Counted from the stretch's first letter, positions 46,978 through 58,044 are shown. The stretch is 64,000 bases of DNA from an uncultured Gammaproteobacteria bacterium (GCA_964446685.1 CAYUPO010000003.1:39183-103182), one strand, 5' to 3'. The notes: generated by a model not told the origin, from the letters alone. Translations and numbers: made by a program.

Positions 46978-48114
46978 CTATCTTCGAGGCAATTCCTCGT
47001 AAGTTTTGGGGTTATTGCAGCTGCCTTTTACAATCGAAATGATCGTATTTGAAGTTGAAGACAAGATGTCTTCCTGCAATGAATAGACAATATTTGAATC
47101 AGTCAGATCATTTTTTTTATTTGGATTACGTTTTATTTTAACAGCTGTCAGCCCGCTTGCAGCCTGATCATTTACCTGAAATGTAATTTTGCCAAGTGAA
47201 CCTTTTTTCTGATAGCTGCGGTTTTTTGGAGCAATATAAGCAATTGTAACTGTGTCTTTATTAAATGCCAGCTGCGGAGCATACAAAGCATCAGGTGGAT
47301 TATCCCCTCTGACTATTTTAATTGGCTTTATAAACCGGGGATCAATTGTCAGTAAAGCATCTATGCCAAAAAAGTCACTTCCATCAGTATCATATTGCAG
47401 ATTTATATCAAAAGTGCAACTGCTACTGGTTTGAAGTAAAGCCGGAGACAAGACCAATGAACCTTTTTTATTATTATCTTTGGGAGAAGCATTGGGGCTC
47501 ATTTCAGGATTACTGGAAGGGTTAGTCGGAGCACTTGTTGTTTCCTGCGAAATCGATTGTAATGTCAGCTCTTTTAAAGGCTGGTTGTCGGCATTGGAAT
47601 ACAACACAGCTTCTTTAAGAGCGATAGTAAAACTCTTACCAGCTAATTTGGATTTGAGCTGAAAATTAATCCTAGCAAAAGCAGTCCGTTTACCTTCAGT
47701 ATTAACTCCTGGTGTGGGAATTCCGCCAATTAGTTCAATCCTGCCTTCTTCCGGAAAATCACTTTTTGTCACCCATAACGATATTGGACCTGTGCCTTTC
47801 AGGTCATCAAGTGAACTGACCTTTAACAGATCTTTGGGATAATCGATTTTGGCGGAGATCAGATTGACTGGTTCTTTGGTTGACAACATTACCTCAACAG
47901 CCAGATTGTCCCCTTCTTTTAAGGACGAAGTATTTTTATCTATCAGGGACAAAACAACTGCCGGAGATTTCTCCTCTGTTTCTACTGATGCTGAAGGAAC
48001 AGGCTGCCCGGAAGGATTGGGATTGATTTTTTTCTCAATTAACACCCCCCCGGTAATCATTCCTATTAAAAGTAAAATAATTACTATGCTATTACCACTT
48101 TGAGAAAAAACCAT
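46978..48114 (-). CDS. Anchored cohesin-like secreted protein
   Basis: N-terminal TM. 'IGGIPTPGVNTEGK' motif shared with 12117 and 44507. Confidence 0.45.
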   Translation of the reverse strand: MVFSQSGNSIVIILLLIGMITGGVLIEKKINPNPSGQPVPSASVETEEKSPAVVLSLIDKNTSSLKEGDNLAVEVMLSTKEPVNLISAKIDYPKDLLKVSSLDDLKGTGPISLWVTKSDFPEEGRIELIGGIPTPGVNTEGKRTAFARINFQLKSKLAGKSFTIALKEAVLYSNADNQPLKELTLQSISQETTSAPTNPSSNPEMSPNASPKDNNKKGSLVLSPALLQTSSSCTFDINLQYDTDGSDFFGIDALLTIDPRFIKPIKIVRGDNPPDALYAPQLAFNKDTVTIAYIAPKNRSYQKKGSLGKITFQVNDQAASGLTAVKIKRNPNKKNDLTDSNIVYSLQEDILSSTSNTIISIVKGSCNNPKTYEELPRR

Positions 48115-48161
48115 ATATTAAAAGTAGTTCTTTGCAAGAAAACAGTCAAGTTAGATGGATA

Positions 48162-48722
48162 TTAATGATGGTGTTTATAGGAGCATTTAGGACATTCATC
48201 ATCTACCAGATGTTCATCACAGTTTGGACAATGTTCATGCTCTCCTTCATGATGATGACCGTGATGTGCTCCCCCACCAGATAGCTTCAGTGGAGCTGCA
48301 CTTAATCCGCTAAATGCGGAAACACTCTGCCCACCACCATGGTCATGTCCATCTCCGGCATGGCAGGCATTTTGCCGAAAACCTGCCATGCCCTGAGGCA
48401 ATTGTATTGTGTGAGGATGATCATGATGCTGATGAGCCAAAGAAATAATATCGTCATGAGTGGCATGATCATGTTCACTTTCATGATGTTCATGATCCAA
48501 GTGAGAGTGACCAACATGTACCCCAGCCAGCAGTTGACTGACAATCGACACCTCTTCTGACCCGCCAAGGCCAGGCCTTGGTGGATTTAGAGGGTATGAA
48601 TGAGAAATATGCTCTGCATCGTCATGAATATGATGCTCTTTTTTCTCATGTGCGCACTCCGGGGGTGCAGCTATGACCTGTTTTTTAATTAGGCTTGAAA
48701 AATGAATTGATTCTTTACACAT
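48162..48722 (-). CDS. Histidine-rich protein with C-terminal CPNC...CPKC zinc-ribbon-like motif
   Basis: More than 40 His in 186 aa ('HGHHHEGEHEH', 'HQHHDHPH'). Ends 'CPNCDEHLVDDECPKCSYKHHH'. Confidence 0.5.
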   Translation of the reverse strand: MCKESIHFSSLIKKQVIAAPPECAHEKKEHHIHDDAEHISHSYPLNPPRPGLGGSEEVSIVSQLLAGVHVGHSHLDHEHHESEHDHATHDDIISLAHQHHDHPHTIQLPQGMAGFRQNACHAGDGHDHGGGQSVSAFSGLSAAPLKLSGGGAHHGHHHEGEHEHCPNCDEHLVDDECPKCSYKHHH

Positions 48723-48946
48723 AAACGCAACTAAGTTGCATTTATCTTACTTAATAAAACTCCTCTTGTCAAATAGTTACTGATTGTGAAGTATTTGCTA
48801 AAAATTTCTATTTGTAACTTTGGTTATTTAAATGGATAGATTTTTTTAAAAAAATCGAAATTTGAATTACATAAATAAATCTGTCTTGAGAAAAGCCCTC
48901 TTTAAGCATTTAGTTTTTTTTGAAACATAAATATGGTATATATTCA

Positions 48947-50197
48947 ATGATGCAAGAATTCGATAGGCCACGAGTCGCTGTAACAGGCTTAGGACTTGTT
49001 TCCCCACTAGGTAATACAGTTGAATCTTCCTGGGAAAGAATGGTTGCTGGTCAAATTGGTATTTCCTCTCTTCAGACTCCATTTCGATATCAAGGTGAAG
49101 ATCGAATTTTTGTCGCTGGACAGGTTCAACATTTTTCTCAGGATATCATCAACCCTAAGCAGGCTAGAAGAACCGATACTTCTGCACTATACTCTTTGGC
49201 AGCCACTTTCGAAGCTTTGAATCAAGCTGGCCTCTGGCAGGATGGCCGGTTGGTAAATGTGAAACCAGATCAAATTGGTGCCAAGATTGGAACTGGTTTT
49301 GGGGGAGCGATCAATGTTGTTGATGTTTATAACGCCTTGAAGACTGATACAAATCTCCAGCGATTGTATGCTTTAGTCGTAGAACCTGAACGGGTTGCAA
49401 CAGTCCCAAGTATGGCATTTAATCTCAAAAATTCAGCTAGTTCAGCAGTTGCAGCCTGTGCAACCGGCGGTATTAATTTACTCGAAGGGTACAACAAAAT
49501 TGTTCTGGGTCAAGCTGAGGTGATAGTTGCTGGTTCTAGTGAAGCCGTCTTACGACCCGAAACGTATGCTATTTATGATCAGGCCAGAGCCCTGTCAAGA
49601 AATGAAGATCCAAATTTTGCCAGTACTCCTTTTGATAAAGATCGATCAGGATTTGTTGTAGCTGAAGGAGCGGGGATTTTGGTATTGGAGAACATGAACC
49701 ATGCGCAAGCGCGAGGTGCGAATGTTTTGGCAGAGTTGGTTGGAGTGGCGGAAAGCTCAGATGCTTTTAATGAAACTGCTCCTAGTGGAGAAGGCGCAGT
49801 TAGAGCAATGAGAAAAGCATTACAGATGGCTGATCTTCAACCTAGTGATGTTGATTATATTAATGCTCATGGAACAGGAACTTCTCTCGGCGACAAAATC
49901 GAACTTTCTTCCATTGAAACGGTTTTTGGACCACATGCTTTAAATATTCCAATTAGTTCTGTTAAATGGCAGTTTGGTCATATGATTGGGGCGGCAGCAA
50001 GTGCAGAAGCAGTTGCGGTGGTACAAATGATTAATCAGGGGTTAATAATTCCTAATGTTGGTTTACGAACGCCTCTTCGTGATGATCTGTATCTGCCAAA
50101 AGAATTTTTGAAACAGGAGGTCAACATTGCTATGAAAAATTCATTCGGATTTGGTGGTATTAATTCAGTAATGCTATTAAAAAAATTTAATGGGTAA
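48947..50197 (+). CDS. fabF: 3-oxoacyl-ACP synthase II (KAS II)
   Basis: 'RVAVTGLGLVSPLG', 'DYINAHGTGTSLGD', 'HMIGAAAS', and a C-terminal 'GFGGIN'. The start was chosen at the second Met cluster. The ORF track begins at 48920. Confidence 0.75.
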   Translation: MMQEFDRPRVAVTGLGLVSPLGNTVESSWERMVAGQIGISSLQTPFRYQGEDRIFVAGQVQHFSQDIINPKQARRTDTSALYSLAATFEALNQAGLWQDGRLVNVKPDQIGAKIGTGFGGAINVVDVYNALKTDTNLQRLYALVVEPERVATVPSMAFNLKNSASSAVAACATGGINLLEGYNKIVLGQAEVIVAGSSEAVLRPETYAIYDQARALSRNEDPNFASTPFDKDRSGFVVAEGAGILVLENMNHAQARGANVLAELVGVAESSDAFNETAPSGEGAVRAMRKALQMADLQPSDVDYINAHGTGTSLGDKIELSSIETVFGPHALNIPISSVKWQFGHMIGAAASAEAVAVVQMINQGLIIPNVGLRTPLRDDLYLPKEFLKQEVNIAMKNSFGFGGINSVMLLKKFNG

Positions 50198-50204
50198 GCC
50201 CCCT

Positions 50205-51143
50205 TTATCTGACCACCATCTTCAAAAGTGCCATCCTTGTAAACAATCCATTTTCTGCCTGTTGAAAGATTTTTATTCGGGGATCATCTGTTAACTCATC
50301 TGGTAGTTCATTAAAATCATTGGATCTTGGCAGAGGATGCATAACAATACTTTTTTTGCTGACTGTATCCAAAATTTCTCGGGTGAGTCTAACACCGTCC
50401 CCAGTTACTTCCTCCCCTTTCATCCGCTCTTTCTGGGCTCTGGTCATATAAATCACATCGACATTAGGAGCGACTTTAGCCAGATTATCACTAACATTAA
50501 AACTGACCCCATGTTCTTTCAGGTGTTTTAAAATATCATCTTTCATCTGCAAAGATTTTGGGGCCACCAGCTCTAAATGAACTTTTTTAAACTTGCTCAA
50601 AAGATAAGACAGTGATCTGACAGTCCGGCCATATTTCAGATCACCGACCATCGCCACTTTTACTCCATCAATTTTCTTAAACTGCTCGAAAATAGTAAAT
50701 AAATCAAGCAAAGCCTGTGTTGGATGCTGACCTGCCCCATCTCCGGCATTAATAATCGGCACTTTTGAAACAGAGGCAGCTTCTGCGGAAGCGCCTTCAT
50801 AGTCAGAACGGATTACAATAGCACTGAAATAATAGGCATTAATAATCCGAGTGGTATCAAACATTGTTTCCCCTTTGATAGCTGAAGAAAATTCTTTAGC
50901 GTTTTCAGTAGTAACAGGAATTCCACCTAGTTTGATCACAGCCTGTTCAAAAGAAGTTCGGGTACGGGTAGAAGGTTCATAAAAAAGCAGACAGACAGAT
51001 TTACCTTTTAAAACATTCAGAACTTTCCCAGCTCTGACAACTTTTTGCATTTTTAAAATTTCCGGAAATAAAGTTTTCTCAAGCCACGTCCGCTCAAATT
51101 GCTGTGAAGATAAAATATGTGTAAGTTTTTTAGAAGTAGCCAA
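50205..51143 (-). CDS. pyrB: Aspartate carbamoyltransferase catalytic subunit
   Basis: 'STRTRTSFE', 'HPTQALLD', 'MHPLPR'. 312 aa. Confidence 0.7.
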   Translation of the reverse strand: MATSKKLTHILSSQQFERTWLEKTLFPEILKMQKVVRAGKVLNVLKGKSVCLLFYEPSTRTRTSFEQAVIKLGGIPVTTENAKEFSSAIKGETMFDTTRIINAYYFSAIVIRSDYEGASAEAASVSKVPIINAGDGAGQHPTQALLDLFTIFEQFKKIDGVKVAMVGDLKYGRTVRSLSYLLSKFKKVHLELVAPKSLQMKDDILKHLKEHGVSFNVSDNLAKVAPNVDVIYMTRAQKERMKGEEVTGDGVRLTREILDTVSKKSIVMHPLPRSNDFNELPDELTDDPRIKIFQQAENGLFTRMALLKMVVR

Positions 51144-51229
51144 TCTAAAAAGAAGTTATACCTTTTAATATTCCAAAAGTCAACGAAATATTTGGTTTTC
51201 CGACTTTTATAGGTTATAATTGTAAGAAT

Positions 51230-52039
51230 ATGACATTTGGATCTCCTGAAAATAAACCTTACATCGGATTTACTGGAAATAATAATCCTGAGAATGTAAA
51301 AGCTCTTTCGGATCTTTTTAATTCAAAACTACCTTTAGTTCCCTCACACCGCGGAATGATGGGATTTTTAGTAAATAAACGATCAATTAATGGAGAAGTT
51401 GGCAATGGAAGAATGTTCCCTCCATATGCTGAATTACCCGAGCTATTAAAACAAGCTAAAATGGGTGGCTTAACAAGCCTTCATTATGTCCCACACACAG
51501 ATGTGAATATAAGTGATCAAATACAGACAATGTTAAAGACAGATGATTTATACGATCAAGGATTAGTGGATGCTGTTCAGTTAAATAATGTGTGGCCTGA
51601 CTCTGACACATTGGCACAAATCAAGACTGATTTTCCTGGTATAAAAACAATAATACAGGCAAATAAAGAAAAAATATCTATGAGTTCTGATATAGAATTA
51701 GCTCATGCTTTTATGGATTTAGATGGCTTAGTAGATTATTTATTATTTGATCCTTCTGCTGGCAAAGGTATGTCCTTTGATCCAGCTTCGGTCAGATCTT
51801 TTTATATGGTTGCAGGACATTTCTTACCAAACTCAGCAATTATTTTAGCAGGTGGATTTGATTCATTTACTACAGGTCGACGAATTGAAAGAATTGGTCA
51901 AATGCTTCATTCGAAAAAATTTGGAATTGATGCACAAACTGGTTTAAGAGATATACCACGCCATGGGCAAAAAGGAGTTTTTTCACTTTCAAAAGCAGAA
52001 AACTATTTAGATCAGGCTGTCAATTTCTTCAAACCTTAA
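51230..52039 (+). CDS. Hypothetical protein
   Basis: 269-aa ORF with no recognisable motif. Confidence 0.35.
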   Translation: MTFGSPENKPYIGFTGNNNPENVKALSDLFNSKLPLVPSHRGMMGFLVNKRSINGEVGNGRMFPPYAELPELLKQAKMGGLTSLHYVPHTDVNISDQIQTMLKTDDLYDQGLVDAVQLNNVWPDSDTLAQIKTDFPGIKTIIQANKEKISMSSDIELAHAFMDLDGLVDYLLFDPSAGKGMSFDPASVRSFYMVAGHFLPNSAIILAGGFDSFTTGRRIERIGQMLHSKKFGIDAQTGLRDIPRHGQKGVFSLSKAENYLDQAVNFFKP

Positions 52040-53646
52040 CTAATCTTTTTTCGTTCATTACGAGTAAATCTTCTAAATTCTGCTAAATCCTCTCTATTTG
52101 CAGTCGGCTGTCTGTATGCCCCATGCTCATTGATACTTGTTATTCCCAAGGTGGATCCGTCAGGATCTACTAAATGATATGTATCTGGCTGTGGCCCATA
52201 CCTTTTCAGAATCCGGGTTGGGTCAAAATCTACAATATGTGTGTTAACTTGTTGTGCACCTGCAGTTACTAATGCTCTGGCAGTGTGTGCAATAGTTGAT
52301 CCTGTTGGTGAGTTATCATCTACCACTAAAACACACTGATCCTTAAATTTATCCCCATACGTAGCTTTTAAATACTCATTCAATTTTTCCTGAGAGATGC
52401 CTTTTATTCCTGAATGAAGAGAAAGTGGAATAAAATCAATTTCTGTAATTTTGTTATTTAACACTTGAAATAGCATCTGAGTCACAATCGCAGCTTCTGT
52501 TCCCCCAGATGGAATTCCTACAATATGTTGCGTATTAGGATATTTTCTGACAGCTTCTTGTGCTCCAAGAGCAATTAGTAATGGATGCTGTGTTTCAGGT
52601 GTTTTAAAACGCTCATTAATTTGGAGAATCATTTGTCGATCCCCTTTTGAATTTTGAAATCCTTCAAAATCATCTACATATTTATCACCCAGTACATCAT
52701 TTCCTGTTTTCTGCCTTGTGTACGTAAGTAAAGGTGTAATTATTTTTTTAAGCTGGACTGGAGTAAGGCTATTATCATACTCTAATCCGAGAAGTGCTTG
52801 ATAATACATCCTAGTTGTTGTTTCCATTAATTCTAAAGCTTGCTCTTGATGCCTAAGATATTCTGGATCGTGTTGTGGAGCAAGTGCTCTCTCGTTATAG
52901 GTTAACAGATGATAGATAGTTAATGCGTGCTTTTTTGCGTAATCCAAAACCCCAAGATATAATAGAAGACTTTCGGGAGTGTCTATCTCTCTTCGATTGT
53001 AGTAGGAGGCGATGTCCATTGCATCTCCCAGATCTTGACCCATATCTTCAAATTTACCAAAATAATTTCGTTTTGAATCCGCAGCTACCTTATAGTTTAG
53101 TCCCTTAAGTGCTAATAACCCATCAGTTTGGTCAAAATTCCCAAATCTTCTTCGAAAATTAAAAAAATTGCGTAAAGGTGATTCAGGAAATTGAAAGCTA
53201 TCCATTGGTATTATCAACGAACCATCCTCTGCAAATAACCCTGACAATTCCCGTAAAGTTAGTTTGTTCTTAAATGTTGATGAGCGTTCATCATCAGTGG
53301 TTTCATCTGGCTTTTCCACTGGAAGGGCTGTCTCGTATTTTCTGAGTACATCAGGATATAGCTGTCTTACTCGTCTTTGAAGAGTGCGCGCTGGACTAAG
53401 AGGTTTGATTCCTCTTCCTATTTTGCCTTCGTTATCTGAAGGTCTGATTACATCTGATAAACTAAAATATTTTTTCTCTTCTGTTCCGTCAATCCAATGA
53501 ATTGCTCTAATAATCGCCAAAGCCTTATTCATCGGAAGTTTTCCTAAAAATAGATCGGCATTTTTAACAGCTTCGGATCGATCAGCCGTTGAATGAATTG
53601 AGCTTTTTTCAACTATCGGTCGAGATTCAAAATTTTCATAGCCCAT
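52036..53646 (-). CDS. Two-domain protein with C-terminal type I phosphoribosyltransferase domain
   Basis: PRPP-binding loop 'CVLVVDDNSPTGSTIAHT'. The N-terminal ~350 aa are unrecognised. Confidence 0.5.
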   Translation of the reverse strand: MGYENFESRPIVEKSSIHSTADRSEAVKNADLFLGKLPMNKALAIIRAIHWIDGTEEKKYFSLSDVIRPSDNEGKIGRGIKPLSPARTLQRRVRQLYPDVLRKYETALPVEKPDETTDDERSSTFKNKLTLRELSGLFAEDGSLIIPMDSFQFPESPLRNFFNFRRRFGNFDQTDGLLALKGLNYKVAADSKRNYFGKFEDMGQDLGDAMDIASYYNRREIDTPESLLLYLGVLDYAKKHALTIYHLLTYNERALAPQHDPEYLRHQEQALELMETTTRMYYQALLGLEYDNSLTPVQLKKIITPLLTYTRQKTGNDVLGDKYVDDFEGFQNSKGDRQMILQINERFKTPETQHPLLIALGAQEAVRKYPNTQHIVGIPSGGTEAAIVTQMLFQVLNNKITEIDFIPLSLHSGIKGISQEKLNEYLKATYGDKFKDQCVLVVDDNSPTGSTIAHTARALVTAGAQQVNTHIVDFDPTRILKRYGPQPDTYHLVDPDGSTLGITSINEHGAYRQPTANREDLAEFRRFTRNERKKIS

Positions 53647-53713
53647 AATCTTATTATATCAAACAAATTTAACTAAATCGAAAAATATGTAGATACTCTG
53701 CATTATAAAAAAT

Positions 53714-54055
53714 TCATTTACTTTTTAACCGATAATGAAGCTCAGATTCTGTTAAATGCTGAATATCTTTTCCAAGTATGCCTCGGGCAGACTTTATAGC
53801 ATGTTTTTTTACATCCGTTTGATGCAGTTTTAGCATTAAAGGAATATGTATTCCAAGTATAAAAGTATAAAAGGCATAAAAAACGTATTTTTCATTGGCA
53901 GTTGGATTTCCGGCAAATAATAAGCCTCCTATTCCCCAGATAAAAAACAGAATTAATAGCAAATACATTACTCCTAACACTCTGGAACGAGATGTGGGAA
54001 TTACATAAAGAAAAATTATTGAAAAAAGAAGATAGGTGATTAATATTGGTAACAT
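53714..54055 (-). CDS. Small membrane protein
   Basis: 113 aa with 3 TM helices. Confidence 0.35.
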   Translation of the reverse strand: MLPILITYLLFSIIFLYVIPTSRSRVLGVMYLLLILFFIWGIGGLLFAGNPTANEKYVFYAFYTFILGIHIPLMLKLHQTDVKKHAIKSARGILGKDIQHLTESELHYRLKSK

Positions 54056-54121
54056 TTCTTAAGTTTATCATGATTTATCTCTCCGGTATCAAGTCAGGCT
54101 GGAAAAGCATATAATTAACAG

Positions 54122-55078
54122 ATGGTTACATTATCACCCACTCACTGGACAGATTATGAATTACTGGATTCGGGCAATGGCAAGCGACTGGAAAGATTTG
54201 GAAAATATACTTTAGTCAGACCAGATCCGCAGTGTCTTTGGAAACCTCTGTTGCCTTCATCAGAATGGCAAAAAGCTGATGCAGTATTTCAGACAGAAGG
54301 CCGTGAAAAAGGACAATGGGTCAAAAATAAAAATTTACCCAGTTCATGGCAAATAGCTTATCAGGACTTGAAAATTTTAATCAAACTCTCCCCTTTTAAA
54401 CACACCGGAGTATTCCCTGAACAGGCAGTTCACTGGGACTTTATACAAAACGTCATTGCGAGGAACGAGTCATCGAGTGACAAAGCAATCTCTAATAATG
54501 ACCCTGTTCCCAAAGTTGATTTATTAGAGATTGCTTCGCCCCAGACTCCTCGCAATGACGGAAGTAGACAATTTAAAGTTCTTAACCTCTTCGGCTATAC
54601 TGGCCTCGCCTCCCTAGCTGCAGCGGCGGCAGGGGCTCAGGTAACGCATGTTGATGCTTCATACCCTACAATTGGCTGGGCCCGTGAAAATCAAAAACTG
54701 TCTGGTTTAGATAAAGCTCCGATCCGTTGGATTTTGGAAGACTGTCTCAAGTTTGTCGAACGGGAAGTGAAGCGTGGAAACGCTTATGAAGGAATTGTAC
54801 TGGATCCCCCAGTCTATGGGCACGGCCCAAAAGGCGAAAAATGGGATTTTAATATACTCTTTCCTAAGCTCATGTCTCTTTGTAGTAAGATAATGTCTTC
54901 AAAAAAAGCCTTTTTGATAGTAAATGCCTATGCTGTTTCGGCCAGTTCTGTCATGTTGGAAAATGTTTTGAAAGACTATTTTACAGATGGGATCATCGAA
55001 TCTGGTGAACTAGTTTTGGAAGAATCAAAAAATAAACGACAATTATCAACTGGGATTTTTGCCCGCTGGAGTAGATGA
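54122..55078 (+). CDS. Class I SAM-dependent rRNA methyltransferase (RlmI/YwbD-like)
   Basis: 'VLNLFGYTGLASLAAAAAGA.VTHVDAS', 'GIVLDPPVYG'. Confidence 0.55.
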   Translation: MVTLSPTHWTDYELLDSGNGKRLERFGKYTLVRPDPQCLWKPLLPSSEWQKADAVFQTEGREKGQWVKNKNLPSSWQIAYQDLKILIKLSPFKHTGVFPEQAVHWDFIQNVIARNESSSDKAISNNDPVPKVDLLEIASPQTPRNDGSRQFKVLNLFGYTGLASLAAAAAGAQVTHVDASYPTIGWARENQKLSGLDKAPIRWILEDCLKFVEREVKRGNAYEGIVLDPPVYGHGPKGEKWDFNILFPKLMSLCSKIMSSKKAFLIVNAYAVSASSVMLENVLKDYFTDGIIESGELVLEESKNKRQLSTGIFARWSR

Positions 55079-55081
55079 AAA

Positions 55082-56593
55082 TTACTCGATAGGAGTATAG
55101 AAATCAATCTGATTGTTAGTCCATCCTCTGGCCATCAAGAAAGCAACTTCAGCTAGATTTTCGGTCCAAAATTTTTGATTTGGATTACTGTTTAGAGTCA
55201 AACGATAAACTGGTTTTGTCCCTGGTTTTTGCGTTTTGGAAGCCAGGAATACAATCCCTTCGTTTACCCAACCTTGACTAGCCAGTGTATTTCTTTCAGC
55301 ATCAGTTGTGGTATATATTCTGAGTGACTGACCACTTAAATACATTCTATAGACAGGAACAACACCAGCAGCGGGGGCTTCCTGATCTTTAGCATAAACT
55401 TTAAATACAATCCCCTCATTGACATATCCTCTGGCTAACAGGTAATCAACTTCTACCTGCTGGGTGGTCCATAGTCTCTTACCGGTGGTTTGATTATGCA
55501 CACGATACAAAGGGACAGTTATTGGCATATAAATAGTAAAATCCGACCTTCTGACATTATCAAAATCTCCGTGGATATCCCAGAAGTTTCTGAAAGACAA
55601 TCTGTCAAACTTTTTAGTATTTCCAGCTCCTGGCAAATTTTGTAAATTCCAGACTATGTAATTGGTTTGTGGATCATTACCATCTGAGATATTTTGACAT
55701 CCCCAGTTTGCACAACTGATTGGAGAAAGTGTACCTGTGCCCACTGGTGCCCAGTTCAGACAATCAGAATTTTGCGGTGTTGGGTTAGCATAATCATATT
55801 CAAATCGGGCATTTGGCGGATTGTGAATAGAGCCACACCTGCCAGTCACATTCAAAGTCTGTGGATAATTTGGTCCTTGAAAAGCTGTTCTTAGCCAATA
55901 ATAGTTTAATGCTTCAATTTCGGCTTCGATCTGGTGCCCCCATGAATGAAGAGCTTCAGCGGTACCACGACCATAGTTAAATGTATAAACTCTGTATGTG
56001 TTTTGACATTTTGGCATATTATCCTCGCGGTAACTATTTGAAATATCACCAAACGGACCTGACATTTTTGATTCTGAAATATTTAGGTAAGGCAAATTCC
56101 TTGTTTCAGGATGTACTGGCCCTTGATAAGCCCACAAAAAGACTTCTCTGACATTTTGATTGTCAACATAATTACAAATATTATGATCACTCATGATTTT
56201 GTAATAATTTGGTTTACGAGAACCATCTATTAGCATCGGAACCGCTTGTGTATATTCTTTAGTATCAACAACTTTCAATTTGATTGAAGCTGGAGCATTT
56301 GGATTACTATATCCAAGATATTTGGTGGATTTTGGAATTAGGTTTATCAGGTTTTGTGTGATGGTATCGGTTTTTTGTTTGATATTGTTGTAAGGTTGAT
56401 TGACATCACCTGTTACAGCAATATCTATATCTTTACCGTTGGCGGCCAGCGGAAAATATTTAATCACTAATACCCCCATACTATAGATATTGTTTGTCGT
56501 AGTAGCAGCTTGCGCCGGTTTTAAATACGGGACTACTGTCAGAAAAAATGCCACTAATAATATATAAAATGATACTTTAACAAAGTTTGTCAT
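55082..56593 (-). CDS. Secreted protein with three C-terminal ~45-aa repeats (DUF5648-like 'YR..x..W..E.....GW.NEGI.F')
   Basis: 'LYRVHNQTTGKRLWTTQQVEVDYLLARGYVNEGIVF' occurs three times. N-terminal signal. Confidence 0.45.
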   Translation of the reverse strand: MTNFVKVSFYILLVAFFLTVVPYLKPAQAATTTNNIYSMGVLVIKYFPLAANGKDIDIAVTGDVNQPYNNIKQKTDTITQNLINLIPKSTKYLGYSNPNAPASIKLKVVDTKEYTQAVPMLIDGSRKPNYYKIMSDHNICNYVDNQNVREVFLWAYQGPVHPETRNLPYLNISESKMSGPFGDISNSYREDNMPKCQNTYRVYTFNYGRGTAEALHSWGHQIEAEIEALNYYWLRTAFQGPNYPQTLNVTGRCGSIHNPPNARFEYDYANPTPQNSDCLNWAPVGTGTLSPISCANWGCQNISDGNDPQTNYIVWNLQNLPGAGNTKKFDRLSFRNFWDIHGDFDNVRRSDFTIYMPITVPLYRVHNQTTGKRLWTTQQVEVDYLLARGYVNEGIVFKVYAKDQEAPAAGVVPVYRMYLSGQSLRIYTTTDAERNTLASQGWVNEGIVFLASKTQKPGTKPVYRLTLNSNPNQKFWTENLAEVAFLMARGWTNNQIDFYTPIE

Positions 56594-56661
56594 AATTAAG
56601 AGGAGAATATGCTACAGGTCACTTTTTGTCAACCAGTATTTTTTGAAATATCTGGAAGGAC

Positions 56662-58044
56662 TCAAGGACATTTTAGAGCAGTAATAATGACATCATTTCC
56701 ATAAGCATAGCTGGCTGTCTTTCCTGGCTGCTGCACTGTTGCTACAACCGTATAGCTATACTGGATGCCAGCAGCTACTTTATCATCATTAGAAGCAATT
56801 CCGCTCGTTTCTCCAATCTGAATCCGACTATTTGGTTGATTGGTATTTCGGTAGACTTTATATGTCACGGCATTTGCTACTGTATTCCACTGCAAATGAA
56901 TTCTGGAAGTTGATCCAGATTCCACACAATAAGCCTGGGTGGAATTATTAAAATTTGGACCGCCTGATACTGGTGTATTGGAGAAATACTGACATTTAGA
57001 AGCTACCGCCGAAATTGTATTACCATTAATCTCTTTGCCTTTGACTATTGCTTTGACAGCGTAATAATACTTGGTACCAGGATTGACTGTCTCATCATTG
57101 ACTGCTACTCCACTGGTTGCCCCTATTTCAACCAATGTCCCCCCTGTATCAGTCCATCGGTAGACCCGATAAAACTCTGCACCAGTTACAGCATCCCACT
57201 GAACATGAATCCGTGAAACAACTGAACCCGTACAATAAGCTATTGTGAATTTATTCAGATTTGGTCCTCCTGCAACAGGTGGAGTTGTAGGATAAGGATT
57301 CGGTGTAGGTGATGGTTTTGGTGAATCACAAACTAGCTTTCCACAGGTCAACTTACTATATAGCGCTGGGTCACAAGTATAAGTAAATGCCCCTTCAATC
57401 CGGCAGCCAGCAGGAACACCTTGAGCACAAGAAATGCCTTGGCAGGTATTTCCAGATGGCGAAGGACTCATTGTTGATGTCTTCAGACTGATTTTATAAT
57501 TAACAACTGCGCCTGAATCTACTAGTTTTCCTGATTTATAATAATTTATTTTTGCATTGCCACTATATATACCATCAGGCTTTGAAGCGTTGATATAAAG
57601 ATTATTTTCCATTGTAGAATTGGGAGTAATTCCACTGGAAGTGATCCAAAAACCAAAACCATCGGCGACTTTGTTTGATTCAATCACCCAGGTATCGGCA
57701 GAAATGGCGGCTGAAGCTATTATTTTAATACCTGCTCCAAATATCACTCCATCTTTAGCATTGGCACGATTCATTGTCACATCCAAAGTTAAAGGAGTGA
57801 CTGTTATTCCAGCACCTGGTGTATTCGATGGTAGAGGTGATGTCGGCCCGCTAATAGGTCCACTTACGGCAGCAAAAGAATTGTCTTTTGGATAAAGAGA
57901 AGTTAAAAACTGATTTTTAAAAGGAGCCAGATTGGCCATAGCCATTATCCCAAACAAACCAATCACTGCTACTAAAAGTAATACCGGGATCGCTCCTCTT
58001 TCATTGTTATTGCTGATTAACTTTTGGCAGGCAGACCAACTCAT
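56662..58044 (-). CDS. Anchored surface protein with two fibronectin type III-like domains
   Basis: N-terminal anchor 'PFKNQFLTSLYPKDNSFAAV'. Two 'Y(R/K)VYR...G.T....D..V..G..Y.Y.V.A' Fn3-like modules. Confidence 0.5.
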   Translation of the reverse strand: MSWSACQKLISNNNERGAIPVLLLVAVIGLFGIMAMANLAPFKNQFLTSLYPKDNSFAAVSGPISGPTSPLPSNTPGAGITVTPLTLDVTMNRANAKDGVIFGAGIKIIASAAISADTWVIESNKVADGFGFWITSSGITPNSTMENNLYINASKPDGIYSGNAKINYYKSGKLVDSGAVVNYKISLKTSTMSPSPSGNTCQGISCAQGVPAGCRIEGAFTYTCDPALYSKLTCGKLVCDSPKPSPTPNPYPTTPPVAGGPNLNKFTIAYCTGSVVSRIHVQWDAVTGAEFYRVYRWTDTGGTLVEIGATSGVAVNDETVNPGTKYYYAVKAIVKGKEINGNTISAVASKCQYFSNTPVSGGPNFNNSTQAYCVESGSTSRIHLQWNTVANAVTYKVYRNTNQPNSRIQIGETSGIASNDDKVAAGIQYSYTVVATVQQPGKTASYAYGNDVIITALKCP

